Shown: positions 21,670-34,800 of the stretch, piece after piece
Position numbering within the stretch: position 1 is the stretch's first letter
Layout: each line of letters opens with the position of its first letter
Assembly: GCF_964194025.1 (NCBI RefSeq)
Contig: NC_134472.1
Location: 23,808,001-23,872,000 of the forward strand
Length of the DNA stretch: 64,000 bases
Direction of reading: 5' to 3'
DNA from: Convolutriloba macropyga
Taxonomy: Eukaryota
Made by a program: the position numbers and the translations under genes
Notes under the pieces: generated by a model
Database searches by the model: none
Seen by the model: only the letters and a program-made list of their open reading frames with translations
What the model was told of the DNA's origin: nothing

Positions 21670-23223
21670 TTAAGCTCTCGAACTTGGGCATCGCTTATAA
21701 CCCGTTCTCACGTTCTTTCTTGTTCCTCGAGGCTTCATTTCTCTAGCCAAGTATACGTTGAACAAGTAGAGCCTCTTGTCAAGCTATGTCAAGCTTATCT
21801 TATGCACAATTTACATTAGGTTGTTCTCTCTCAACCTTCTAACATCCTCGTATAACCAAATAATATGGAATATATTAAATTTGCCGACCTTTGAAACGGC
21901 TCCTTATTAAATGAATAAGCGGCCTGTGAACCAAAATATTCTCGTGAAGAGTTTATAGAAAAAACTATCACACAAGTTAGCGTATCGAAACCTAAACCAA
22001 AAGTTTATGCGTCACCAGTATTCATTTTTTTATTAGCAGATTAATTACAACTAACTCTAATATCAAGTACAAAACCCATTCAAATTAATTTAGGTTAATT
22101 TCATTGACTATTCCCGTTCAATTTTGATTTGCCCTGCAAACAACTTTTTCATTTATACCGTTGCCCCTCTTGTTAAGTAAGTTGCATTGCTCATATTTGT
22201 TTTTTTTTCTCCAGCTTTCTTTCTGAACTGCAAAACGCAAGTCAGATTAAGGCAATCAGATTTTAATCTAACATCCACCTCGCAAAAGTAGTTTTGTTCT
22301 AAAGTTTGGTGACTCGCATTGCTTCTCAGCTTATACTGCACCTGAGAACAACAAGGGGAACAAAGGTATACAATCCGTCTATTTTTTCCTTCAAATTTAT
22401 TTGTCAATAGTTAAATATAAAGATTTTGTAGGAAAATGGAACACTGAGAAAGAGAGTGATATGTTCGGAGCAGACTCGATTTAAAAAGTTTATAATTATT
22501 AAATTGAATTAAAAACTAAGAAATGAAAGAAAATTTTGCGAGGTCAGAATATTGCTTTTTTGTCATTTCAACATTTTCGCAACAACTCGTCGTATGGTAG
22601 GTAGCTTTTTTGGCAAATGAGGTGGCTGAATTGTTTCGAGAACTTTTCGACACATTGGTCCAAATACTTTTCCTCAAAATGAAGAGGCTTTTTAACATGT
22701 AAAAAATGTACATTATTGACGAGGCAAAATTAAACGAAACATTTCGTAAATTCTTGATTATATCTTATCTTTTTCCAACGTTTTACAATGCTATTCGGTT
22801 TGCTTTGTTCTGCTGATTTTATTAACACAGTTTTTGGGAAGTCAGCTACTTACGTCCAGTTTTGATCATGATTTGTTTTATCCTGAAGTTGCCGGATTTT
22901 CGTGACAAAAAGTCACAGTGTCCTTGACATCCAAATAAGCATTTTTCATTCGGATCACAGGTTGTAGAGACCCATCTACAATTAAAAGAGTTTCGGAAAA
23001 TGTTCATATCTGAATTGAACAAAATGGTCTATATTAATATCAGAAATGGTCTAATATAAGAAGGAAAATCATCTGCAATTATCATTTTGAATCTGTTTCT
23101 TTTGATCTCAAATTGATGCTCTTATTAAACATTTATTATATGAATGATTTCCAATGCTGGATGGGTAGGAGGGGGCTTGAGGAAGCAGATGAAACAGTTT
23201 CTGAAGATTGGCTGCAACTTTTC

Positions 23224-24504
23224 CTAGCTAACAACTAAACTTTTATTCTGATCCTCATTGTAGCCCATTTCCATTTCTTTTAAGTTTTCCACCAACTCGT
23301 CAGTTTGTGGCTGAACCGATACATACATCCACGCAAGTAGCATAAACACAGTTCTAACAATCACTAAATATTTAAACACGTCTAAATCACTACTGCCTTG
23401 GAACTGATGAACTGTCGATATTTCGGTCAAATTAGCTTTGTAAGTATCATCCTCGCCTTCTTTTATAAACGCAAGTGTGTAATTCCCAAACCACAAATTC
23501 GGGAAGTCATTCGAAAGCTGGATTTTGTCCTCGTACGTAGCAATAACACATGATAAACACAAAGCGATGACGTATACCACAGAACCAAACAAACCCGAGT
23601 TGCATGTTACTATATTCCTAAAATACCCGTTTCTGGGTTTCTCCAAATCCCATTTATCCAGGGTAGTAACCAGGCAAAGAGTGATGAGCAAATAGAATAA
23701 ACATAAAAATGGCAGCCCCACTTGTTCGTAAATTTTCACAAACTCTGACTGGTTATGATCGATTATAACCATAACTAATATGGCCTGCATTAGAGATAAT
23801 CCAGCTGTTAGACCAAACAAGAAAACTCCAAGACTGTGGAAAAACATTTGCGTCCAAACCGCAGCTTTGACTGTCGCTCCCTCAAATGATTCCATCTCTT
23901 CGTTATTCGGATCCGTGGCCTCGAAAGCCATCGTTTTACGCGACCCGGTGGCGCTAAAACCTGATCGGGTTTCTACAAAAACCCTTCGAGAAGTTGATGT
24001 TTTGCTCGGGTTCGGTTTAACTAGTTGCTCGTTTGAGCGGTCTGTTTCAAGGTTTTCGGCCGATCGTGTGTTCGGTTCTATGAAATCATCTTGAAGACCT
24101 TCAAATTCTTCTGGCAACTCCGACGTGAATTCGGCATCTTCACTCGGCTTTTCAGCTTGCTTCGGTCGTTTTCGGCGCTTTTTTGTTACCGGTTTTGAAT
24201 TTGACTCCTCAGTGGGTTGACCACCGCTTCCTGGTACATTTTCTGGGTTTTCGTTATTTTGGTCAACGTTTTCCTCATTTTCCTGAGCGGGAGGAGGTTT
24301 CGGTCGTCGTTTCTTCTTTTTTGGTTTTGGAACCCCGGCTGTGACGTCATCGTTTGGCGATGTTTCCAAATTTTCGGGTTGTTGGGTTGAGTCTTGTGTT
24401 TCGATATTTTCATCTGCTTCAGCAGTGGGAAGTTTTGGTTTCTTCTTCTTTCTTCTGACTGGCTCGGAGGGTCCAGGTTCCAATGGGGGCAAAGTTGAAG
24501 GCAT
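23224..24504 (-). CDS. TMEM237: Transmembrane protein 237 (ciliary transition-zone protein) homolog, intronless, 426 aa
   Basis: N-terminal repeated basic KKKK/RRKR clusters in a disordered region, then about 4 TM helices; FHSLGVFLFGLTAG resembles the first TM motif of TMEM237 (recognised from memory). Confidence 0.85.
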   Translation of the reverse strand: MPSTLPPLEPGPSEPVRRKKKKPKLPTAEADENIETQDSTQQPENLETSPNDDVTAGVPKPKKKKRRPKPPPAQENEENVDQNNENPENVPGSGGQPTEESNSKPVTKKRRKRPKQAEKPSEDAEFTSELPEEFEGLQDDFIEPNTRSAENLETDRSNEQLVKPNPSKTSTSRRVFVETRSGFSATGSRKTMAFEATDPNNEEMESFEGATVKAAVWTQMFFHSLGVFLFGLTAGLSLMQAILVMVIIDHNQSEFVKIYEQVGLPFLCLFYLLITLCLVTTLDKWDLEKPRNGYFRNIVTCNSGLFGSVVYVIALCLSCVIATYEDKIQLSNDFPNLWFGNYTLAFIKEGEDDTYKANLTEISTVHQFQGSSDLDVFKYLVIVRTVFMLLAWMYVSVQPQTDELVENLKEMEMGYNEDQNKSLVVS

Positions 24505-25410
24505 GATAATTTTTCAACTCAGTTGTAGGCTCAGTTGGCTTGAGCTAAGATTCTTTTTTGTTAAATTTAATTCACTGTAGGTGCTATGTTGATGTTTTAA
24601 AAAACGCTTTTTGTTATTTATTGTACACTTAAAGCAAAAAGCGCACGTGTCGTATTCGATATAAAATACATATAGTTTGATTAATTTGGTTTTCTATGCG
24701 TAAAATAAAATTGTACGGTTAATGTAATAAAAAAATTCTTTTCAATCTCTAAAAATATCCGAGCGAATGAAAAGACAAATGCGCTACAATATATTTTATT
24801 CATTGGTGTTTTCGTGTTGAGCAATATTATATCAAATATTAAAAATTTGTACTGTTCAGAAAACAAACAACATTTGAGTCTTTCCCATTAAAGCCCCCCC
24901 CCCCATCTTTCCCATGATTTACCCTTCTCCCAGTTTAGTGGTGCTAGAGCCTAAGTCCAACCCCACCCCGACTGCAGTTTAATAGGATAATGGGGTTACG
25001 ATGGGAAAGACCACCCAATTTCTAGACAGTGGAAAGTGGGATACTTTCCGTTTGTCCCCCCACCCGCAGCTTAGTGGTGCGTACTATTTCCACCCTCAAG
25101 CGCACGAGCCATATCTTTACCTTTGGAGTTACGATGTAATCACACGTGCTCTGTGACGGGGGGGGGGGTGGGGTGCGTAACGTACCGTGGGGGAGGGCAA
25201 AAAAAGGAAAAGATCCGGAAAAATGTATATTGTGCTAGTGTTAAAAATGTATAAAATATAATAATAACCTATTGACCAAATTACGTGTACTTCAAAGGAA
25301 TTCAAACACAGTCCTCTGTAGTATAGTAAGCATCAGGAAAATAAGCAAAAATGGCCAAACACCGGGCAGATGTCAAAATCACACTTAAAATCTTTGTTTA
25401 CCCATAAATA

Positions 25411-25827
25411 TTAACGTCGTTTCTTCTGGAACAATTTTCCCATGTCTCTGCTTCCAGCTGACGACTTGTCACTGTCCTCGCTGTCCTTGTTCGACTTAGA
25501 ACTCGCCACACTTGGTAACCATGACTGGGACCCCCGATCCGAATCGGAACCCACAGACGAGGCCTTGTCGGCTTGAGCCCGCATTTCCGCCCGCATTGCT
25601 TCGATCTTCTTATCAAAGGCTTCTTGCTGGGCGGCTAAAGAGTGTTTCTTCTCATCGAAGACTGCAGGAGTTGAACCTCTGGCTGAGAGGAGTCCGGCAG
25701 GTGAGAATGCTCTCGTTTCACTGGTCTGCTGTGGTTGTTGTCTGTCTCCTGGGAAACTTGGAACGGTGCTCGAGGCGCTGCTCATACTGTCCATAGAATT
25801 GGGGTCCAACTTGATAAGATCAGGCAT
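25411..25827 (-). CDS. Probable terminal exon of the PHPT1-like gene (MPDLIKLDPNSM...GKLFQKKRR*)
   Basis: GC-rich 138-codon frame directly after AG; short coiled-coil; LDPN and SDSD motifs echo upstream exons. Confidence 0.6.
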   Translation of the reverse strand: MPDLIKLDPNSMDSMSSASSTVPSFPGDRQQPQQTSETRAFSPAGLLSARGSTPAVFDEKKHSLAAQQEAFDKKIEAMRAEMRAQADKASSVGSDSDRGSQSWLPSVASSKSNKDSEDSDKSSAGSRDMGKLFQKKRR

Positions 25828-28800
25828 CTCGTTTTAAGATCATTCAAAATAAAGAAGCGTAACGTATTAGATTGGGACAGATTACTAATTACAGCGCTAC
25901 ACAAACAGCTGAACAATTATCGAATGTGTATTTAACATTTATACACAATGGTACCAAAAAGCTACGTACACCTTGAAGTTTAGTAAATAGCGCCACAAAC
26001 ATTGCAAATACAACGTTTTCACCTAAAATCAGTTCTTTATCAGCGGGTTGTTACAATTTCATTTTTTAAAAATATTTATAAGACGGTTTTTACAGTTTTT
26101 TCCGATACATTTTCTTCTAATTTCCGAGTCCAATTTCCAATACATTTTCTTTTAATTTGTTTCCGAAGAACTGTCTGTTTTCATAACTTGCGCTTCGAAG
26201 TTGCCCATAAATTTTCAATAGGATTCAGATCGGGACTGTTTGCCGACACTTTCAATATCTCTTGCTACTTTTCTTTGAATAAATTGAGGACAATCTTTCA
26301 CTTCTTCACAAGAGCATCATCTTGTTTAAGAAGATCTTAAAAATGCATTTTTTCTCCGTACTTTTTCGAAGTTTCTAAGTAAACTAGAAACTTCAGCAGC
26401 TTTTTTGAATATTTAAAAACTTTAATTTCCGTCCATCCGATTGTGTTGTGTCCCAAAACATAAGTGATCGCTTGTTCCAACTTGCATTTGTTTTTGTCAA
26501 TAGATCTTGTTCCATTTCTTTGAAGAAATTGCATAATTCTTTCGCTGGATACGCCTTGAGAATGTTAATTTTTTCGTAACGTTTCAGTGCATGCTGTATA
26601 CTAGATCTTAATTTTGAGTTCAGTTCCTATTGTTTTTTGCCATAAAAATTGAACATTAAGAATCGCGACAGTGTGGGAAAATGTTACAGAACGAAGCAGC
26701 TGGCCATCTTTTCTACATAAGTGGAGAAAAAGCGACTGGACAATCTTGAAAAAGCTTCAAATTTCACACCCTTCTTTACGCCTTAGCGCAAATCAAAAAT
26801 TTGAGCAGAAGCAACGCTTAAATAGAAAAAAATGGTGTTATTCGTATTTTTTGGTACCATATTATATTTACTTTTTTTTCATATTTTTAGTACATCCCTG
26901 ATGATTTATTGTAGCCACTGTAGCCATTCCCAGGTTGTGATCCGAGAAAAAAACCATTTCGGATTAAATCGAAATATCCTCTGATCAGAGTTATCAGTGC
27001 AATGGTTAGGACACTAATTTCTCAAGCTAATGCAATCTACCATAACTGATTCATTGTAGCAGTACTTCCGTTTGCTCAAACCATTTTACATCTCTTGTTC
27101 AAGTTGATTGTGTTGGTCATAGGCTTGCTGACTAGTTAATCAATGCCTTTGGAGGAGTTAAAAATTTTTGCGTTCATAAGCAGATGTAAATTATATGCTC
27201 ATTCAAAAGCTTGTATTTTAATTGTTTATTTTCTAAGCTTTAAAGGGTCCAGCAAAATACCTATTATGTCTTTCATTGTTCATACCGTCATTAGATCGGA
27301 ATTACTGACCCAAACACCCATGTTCTTCATCATTGAAGACATTCCATTAAATTCTCTTCAATGTTTCCGATGTTTAAGTCCATTGCCAAAAACTTTGAGC
27401 AAAATCTTTTCTGAGAGAGGATTGAAATAACTATTCACTGAGCTTGCGAACCTGACAATTCTAACACTAACAACTAGATTATCATATAACTCTGATTTGA
27501 TCTTTTTTCAGCAAAACTACTTAATTTTGGACGCTGAAGTTTTTTTTAAGATACTACCACTTGTTTGCTCCGGAATTATCCTTCAGGACTGTGACTTTGA
27601 CTTCAATATAGTTTAATCAACTCTCTCTGTTATGACAACAGTTGCATAACTTCTCAATGATTAAATTGTTGAACAGGCAAAATGTTTTGCGATCAGGCTA
27701 CTTTTTTCCGCCACTTTTTTTCACCAATGTTGCGGTACGAGCAATGCACAGAAATGAGAGGCGAGGCAATGTAAAATAGTCTTTTGTTTTGCAGAGTGGC
27801 GTAAGTTATGCAACTGTTGTAATTGCGACAACAAGTTCTATAAAAAAGAATTATCATACGGTTTTTAAGGTCCTCTAGAAGTTATTCAACGAATCGGAGT
27901 TTGATAACATCTCGATAGGGATAGCAGCGGTGGTAATATGGAGTCTTCTATTGCGGATTTTAGAGGGGTTAAAAGTTTTTAGATTTCACAATAATTGAAT
28001 CACGCATGTGCAGTAAAGTGTCGAATCTTTGCAGTGCCCGATTCTAAGGTGTCATATTTTTCCATATACAATGGAGCAATATTTAAACTAACTACTATAT
28101 TTTGGCACTTGCAATTAACTGCTTCAAGCATGTTTAAGTGACTCTGTTCAAATCTTTTTGAAATTCTGACTTGTCTCGAATCGCTGTGCGGTTCTCGGCG
28201 ATTGCCAGAATTTCTCACCGAATCCATCAGAGTCACAATCTATACGTCAGTCGAGGAAAGAGTGAAAAGAAAATGAGATGCCATGTTTGGATCCAGCGAC
28301 ATCATCGGTGGTGTTATAGCCTCTGAATCTGAGGACAGATTCTGCTGGAACGACTGCGGGGCTTGAGGCTGTAGTGAGGATGGTTGTGACTGAAATTGCA
28401 TCGCTTGTTGACTTCCCGGGAATTGCTCTTCCCTCAGCTGTCTCTGTTGTTGTTGCTGCTATTAAACTTATTTTGTTCCGGCCCCAAAGCCCTTCGTGAC
28501 CCCCCAATCGTGAACTATCTGTGTTATTTAGCATGTAACTACGTAAAAATAGCAGAAAGCTTAGGGGGTGAAAAAGCTTCAATAATAAATTGATACAGTA
28601 TTGTATATTAGAATTGATCGTTTACATTATCTAGACATTCGTTTTATTATTTCAAACGCGCTCCAAGCTTACGCAATTGACCTCTATTGATTGTTTTTAG
28701 GTGGGAAAGATGAATATCATACAAAATGTGCCCGAAAGATGAGAAAAAGTGCCCGATAAATTGGGGATCGAAACAGAATATATCCCTTTTGCTGTAGTTG

Positions 28801-31800
28801 TTGTTGTTGAATTTGCAACTCTAGTTGACGTCGTTGTTCCTCCAACTGATGTATTTGCTAAAACAGCAACCCATTATCTTACTGGTTGTGTAATTAGAGA
28901 ATTGTCAGAAATGTGCACGTTACATTTGCAAATTTGCCAATTCAGCTAGTTTTTATATGTTTTCGGTGCCATATTAATTGTTGGCGGTAGGGAAACACAT
29001 ACACATGTATTAAAGAAGAATTTCTGGTCATAGGGAGATCTCGTAAGAGATTTTAATTCAAATCTGTAGGGCTGCAAAGTGAACTTTCGGTGGGCTGGCA
29101 GAAAGGAAAACTTGTATTAGGTGCGTGTTGTTGCATTTCTGGCTGCAATAGATTCAAACCTTTTTGTTTTGACCACATGGAGAAGGCCAAACTCTACAAC
29201 TCGTTAAACCCAGATAGGTAGTTTTGACTATGAGACAGAAAAACCCCTATCAAAAAAATCTTCAAGGTGATATATTCTAAAATAAAGCATGTATAGCTTG
29301 CTAGGGCGGCGCCTCGACAATGAGGCATTTGCATGTTTTAATCTTAACATCCTCAAAATTTCCAGCGCTAACAGAAAAAAGTCGTTAAAATAAAGCGTTA
29401 AATTTTTTTGAAACATCAGAAATAGCAATACAATATCAGAGAACAAAACTTGTTAGTGTCTCCATGATCATAAAAAAATGATGAGGCTGTACAATGGCAC
29501 ATTTCAAAAGCAAAAGAAAGCTGGTTATACTTGAAGTAAGAAAAAAATAATTACTTTTTAAATAGAAAAATTGAAGAAGTAAGCTAAAGTGCAGGAGATT
29601 TTGTTATGGGTACACATTAGCAGATGTTTAGAAGTGTACTAAAAACAACTATAGCTTGGTCAGGTTGATAAGAAACCTTCAAGATGTGTACAGGCATGCA
29701 ACATCTTCACAAAAATATGAAAATGAAGACTTATCGAGAACTTATTTTGTCAAGTTGTTCTTAGTAAAGCATTTCAAGTTGTACCAAACAAATATGATCT
29801 TGAAAGACTTGTCAATGAGTTTCAAGTTTAGTTTCATTGAGCATCTATTAATGTTGTTAAAATTAGGAGCCAATAACCTGTTCCAATTTCTTGGACGAAT
29901 CTGTCACAGAAAGAGCATCCGAATCGGACGCACTAGAAGAAGGCGCCCAATCAGAAGAGGCAGTACTCGAGGGCAATCCAAGAGAATGCGCTGGAGGAGA
30001 CATCAAAGATGAGGACTGAGTTTGCTTGGCGGACCCAGCTGGCGGAGGACTGCCAAAACTTGATGTTGGACTGCCGGTATCAGGATGAGTAGGAGTTTTG
30101 TAGTCAGAAGGCCCGCTTGTTTGAAGGTATCTTTTAGTTGCGGAGCTCGATGATGATGTGAGTAATTGGCGTTGCTTTCATGGTTTTTCCATCCAATAAG
30201 TTGTCCAAAAAATGTCTTAGTGCGCAAAAAATTTTTTTACCTAGGATGAAGTCCCAGACTAAAAGTTGATCTACCACGATCAAAATGAAAACAAAAGAGG
30301 GCATTTTATAATGGCAATTCAAACACATGAGCTTTTTAAGTCTGTGACATCTGGTCATGAGGTCTATTTCAACCCAGACACAGTCTCTGATCATGTACAT
30401 GTTTCTACTTTGGTGGTCTGACACCTCAACTGTGTGAATTTTGTACCTACCGTGAACAAAGACAGGAGAGGTCAGACAACTCCGTCGTCACCAACAGAGC
30501 ACTCAACATAAGCTCCGAATAAGTTTGGCCCTCAAACTTAAAATGCAGGCGGTCGAACAGATTTTATGTCCCAACATAAGTCAACCTATTTTTTTAAAAC
30601 ATTCAAATTGAGATGTCGTGATTAGTTGGAGGTCGGTGAGTGTTAGAATCAGGTTTCTGTTGGTGGGAGAATTTATTTCTGACATATGATTGATAGGTCA
30701 ATAAGATAATGATAGCGCCAAAACAAAATTTGAATTGAGTTTAAATTTGTGGCCATTACTTATCAACACAGCAATAAAGTTCGTCAGGTAAGTTCTTCTT
30801 TCGTTCTTTGAAACTTTAATAAAGAAAACTTCTAAGTTTCTTGATGTTTCTTTGAAGCCATCACATCCTCCCTCCTTTTTTAAGCAAATTTGTGGGTATA
30901 AGTTCTCCAAATCTGTCGGGTTGTTTTCTGTTTCGTGTTGATGTTCGTGAAGGCACTGAGGTTTCGGGTTGTTGGCGCTCTGCGGATGATGTGGCTGCAG
31001 AAGCTTCATCTTGAAGTGAAGGTCCCACATCTGTGCTCTGAAGTTGTTGTTCTGATTGAGATATGGTCTCCTCCACTGCTGGTTCAGTTTTCACACTGTC
31101 CTCGTCTAGTCTCGCAATTTGGTTGTCGCTCACTAGAATAGGCTGTATGAAAGATGTGTTCAAGCCCTTTCTGATGATGAAGGTAGCAGGAACTGTCTTT
31201 GCTTTTGTGTTGGCCTTGAATAGACTGGGTTCGCACAAGTCGAAATCTGCGATTGCTGGTAGTTTCACTCTGCGTCCCAACAAGAGTTCAACTGGAGTTT
31301 TGCTCCTCGTCTTTGAAGTGTTGCGATGTGTCATCAGTGTCTTTTGCAAGAATGCTCCAAATGACACACTAAGTGTCGGACTCCACGCTTGAAGTGCTCG
31401 CTTCACTGTCTGAACTGCTCTTTCAGCTAGTCCATTAGCTCTTGGCTGATAAACGGGTGATTCCATTTTCTTAATTCCCAGTGATTCACACCACTGTTTA
31501 AGGTCACCACTTACATATTCAGGACCATTATCAGATACTATAGTTTTTGGTATTCCGAAGCTTGCAAAGATTTGACTAAGATATATTTTAACTGTTTCTG
31601 ATGTTCTATTTCCCACGGGGAAGGCTTCTATCCAACCAGAGCCTGCGTCAACAATTACTAAGATATTGCCTTGGTCCTTAACATAACCCCAGTCCATGTG
31701 GAGCCGTTCCCAAACGTACGCTTCTGGTCACGTAGAGACTGTTTTTCCCAGGCTAGGCCTGTTCAATTGACAATTCTTACATTTACTAACAACGTGTTGA

Positions 31801-34800
31801 ACGTCTTGGGTAATGCCAGGCCACCATGCCATCATTCTGACTCATGCCTCAGTTGCATTCTTCCCCGGATGTGTCTCATGCGCTTTTGCCAAAACCAATT
31901 GTCGTAGTTTGAGTGGAATGAAAGGAACAACACCTCTGAAGATGATTTCATTATGTAAAGTAAGTGCATCTTTCTGTTGTTCGAATCCTTTTTCCGCTTC
32001 TGAACATTGTTTCCAATTGCCGCTTTTGATTCGTTTCATTATGTCCTGGGAGAGTCTTATTGTTCCAAGTTCAGTTTTGATATCTGCTTGGGTCACCAAA
32101 TCACTCTGGGCGAAGTAGATGTTATTGATTGCGAAGCACACTCGATCGTTGTCCGATTCGACTTCGTCAAAATCCATTTTGCTCAAAGCATCAGCATGAG
32201 TTATCTGCTCTCATGGCGTGTACTTCAACTCATAGTCAAAACCCATTAGAGCTATTGCCCATCTTGTGATTCTCGCTGATGCTGTCTTCGGGATCTTCTA
32301 GTGTAGTCGACTCTTGACTGCAAGAATTCTCTTGTCGAACTGCTCCTTGGTAGTTCCATACACCAATACATTGTCTTGAAAGATCACAACAACTTTAATT
32401 CCTTTGAATGTTGATTCGATGCAATTCTGGAAGATTGAAGAAGAGTTTTTCCATCCCCGAGGTAGTCGGCACATCTTGATCAATCCCTGAGATATGTTGA
32501 TTGTGCATATATCTTTTGCTTCTTCGTCAATTTCAATTTGATAGTAGGCATCTGAGAGGTCAATTTTGCCAAAATATGAGGCCCCATGTAGGTTGTGGAA
32601 GATTGTCTCCATGTCTGGTTCTGGGTAGTCCTCATCCATGACCTTGCCAGTGATGTGCACTTTCAAGTCCACGCAAAGTCTCAACTCTCCACTTTTCTTT
32701 CTCTGCCACACCACTGGAGATGCATTAGTGACTCCTCCTGGCTGTACCGGTTCAAGGATGCCTTGTCTGACCATTTATTCCAGCTTCTCTGTGACCTTGT
32801 CTTGAAGAGATAGAGGTATTTCTCTGGCTTTGCAGAACATTGGCTGTGTTCCTGGTATCGGCTTCACATGAGCTTTGTAACCATTCAGAGCAGGTAGGTG
32901 CTCGGCTGTGATGTTGTTCACACCGTGTTTGGGTAGAAGGTCTCTACCAAGTAGTCCAAATTCTTTCTCAGACTGCACAACTGCAAGTTGTTTTTGCGTG
33001 AGCCTGTGTATCTTCACCTGTGTCTACCTGCATTTTTACTTTGCAGTTATTTATTGAGATATATTCCGATGTCACAGACATGCTAAAGATTTGTTCTTTA
33101 GTATAAAACATTCCCATCTCCGATGCTGGAGATGCTTGCTCTGAAGAATCATTTTTGAGAAGTGTCCCACCTTTTCACAGGTGTTGCATTTTTTAGTTAG
33201 CGCTGGACAGGGTCTACTAGAGTGTGGCTTACCTCCACACCTAGTGCACATGTTGTTGTTTTTATTAGCCGTAATTTTTTCATTTGGTTTTCGAAAGGTC
33301 TTTTTGAAGTTGAACCCAACTTCTTCTTTCACAGTTAAGGACTTATTACCTGATGAAGAACTTGCAAGGGCCATTGCTTGACTTCTGAACTGTAAGCTCT
33401 CGGTCATTCCAGTAACTGACATTGCTGGTTTTGCATTAATGCCGTCTAGTAGTCTAAGTTTTGCTTCAGGGTCCATCAAACCTGAGATAAACATTATTTT
33501 TACCAACTCTTCATCGGGGTTGGCTGCTGTTTTCAGTTTTTCGAAGTCACAATAGCGTGCTTCTTCTCTAAGACGTGCTAAGAAGTTGTCGTCTGACTCA
33601 CCTACGCCTTGTATTACGGACAGAAATTTAGCTCTTTCTGCCGTTACTACTCTCTCTTTAGGAGAATAATAATTTTGAATCGCCAATCTGATGTCTTTAT
33701 ACGGAGTGTCTATCAAATTCCTAGGACTCATTAGGCTCCTAACCTTAATAATTGCATCTTGCCCGCACATACTAAGGAAGAGATTGGTTACCTGTAAGTC
33801 CTGTACAGTACCATCGTTGTTGACCTTGTCCTCTTTCTTCTCTGCGCGACATTTCACCACAAAAGACATAATCAACGCAGTAGCTGATTCTGCATTCTGT
33901 AGATCCAAAATTTGTCTGTCTCTAGCTGGTCTGGACACCATTGTCGTGGTCGATAACACGGGTCAAAGTATTCAATAAGTTGAGTTTTAAATTAAATTTT
34001 GATATGAAAATAAATAGAAATTAGCTTGTGTTTGTAGTGGTTATCTATGCAAAAATATACAGAGAAAATTTAGATTAGCTAAAAATATTTTACATGATTG
34101 GCATGTGAATAGATCTTAACTCCGAATCCCGGAGTTGATTTTCTGTTTTCATCAACATTTCATGAGAATCATATATGGCTTGGGTACAATCGAGTTCATT
34201 AGTTGGAGGTCGGTGGGTGTTAGAATCACGTTTCTGTTGGTGGGAGAATTTACATCTGACATATGACTGATAGGACAATAAGATAATGTTAGCGCCAAAA
34301 CAAAATTTGAATTGAGTTTAATTTTGTGGCCATCACTTATCGACACAGCAATAAAGTTCGTCAGGTAAGTTCTTCTTTCGTTGTTTGAAACTTTAATAAA
34401 GAAAACTTCTAAGTTTCTTGATGTTTCACATAAGAACTGAAATTGTATGGCCAATGTCCAAAATTGCAAATTTCAATGAATTTTGCGTTTTGCGGAATCG
34501 AAAGACCAAAACATGTCCCCACTCTTTGCAATTCATATACCACTTTGGATATGGAATTTAGCTGTGCAAAACGTGGAAATAAGTTACTCATATCGTGGAA
34601 AGATCTTAAATTTTATCACGAGCAATCACGGATAATTGTATCCACTTTTTTGCCTATACAATTAGCCTAATTTTTTGATTGTCAAATTGTATTAGTAATT
34701 AATTGAGAACAAAATCCAAGACTGAATTGTTCTTGTGAACAGTGCTATTGGTAATGGTAAAACCGCTTATTGTCTTCTTAATACAAATTGAATGTCTGAT

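Noticed and set aside
28247-28582. ORF-track 111-aa T/S-rich protein with a signal-like start
   Set aside because: Off-frame reading of the Q-rich exon 28458-28282
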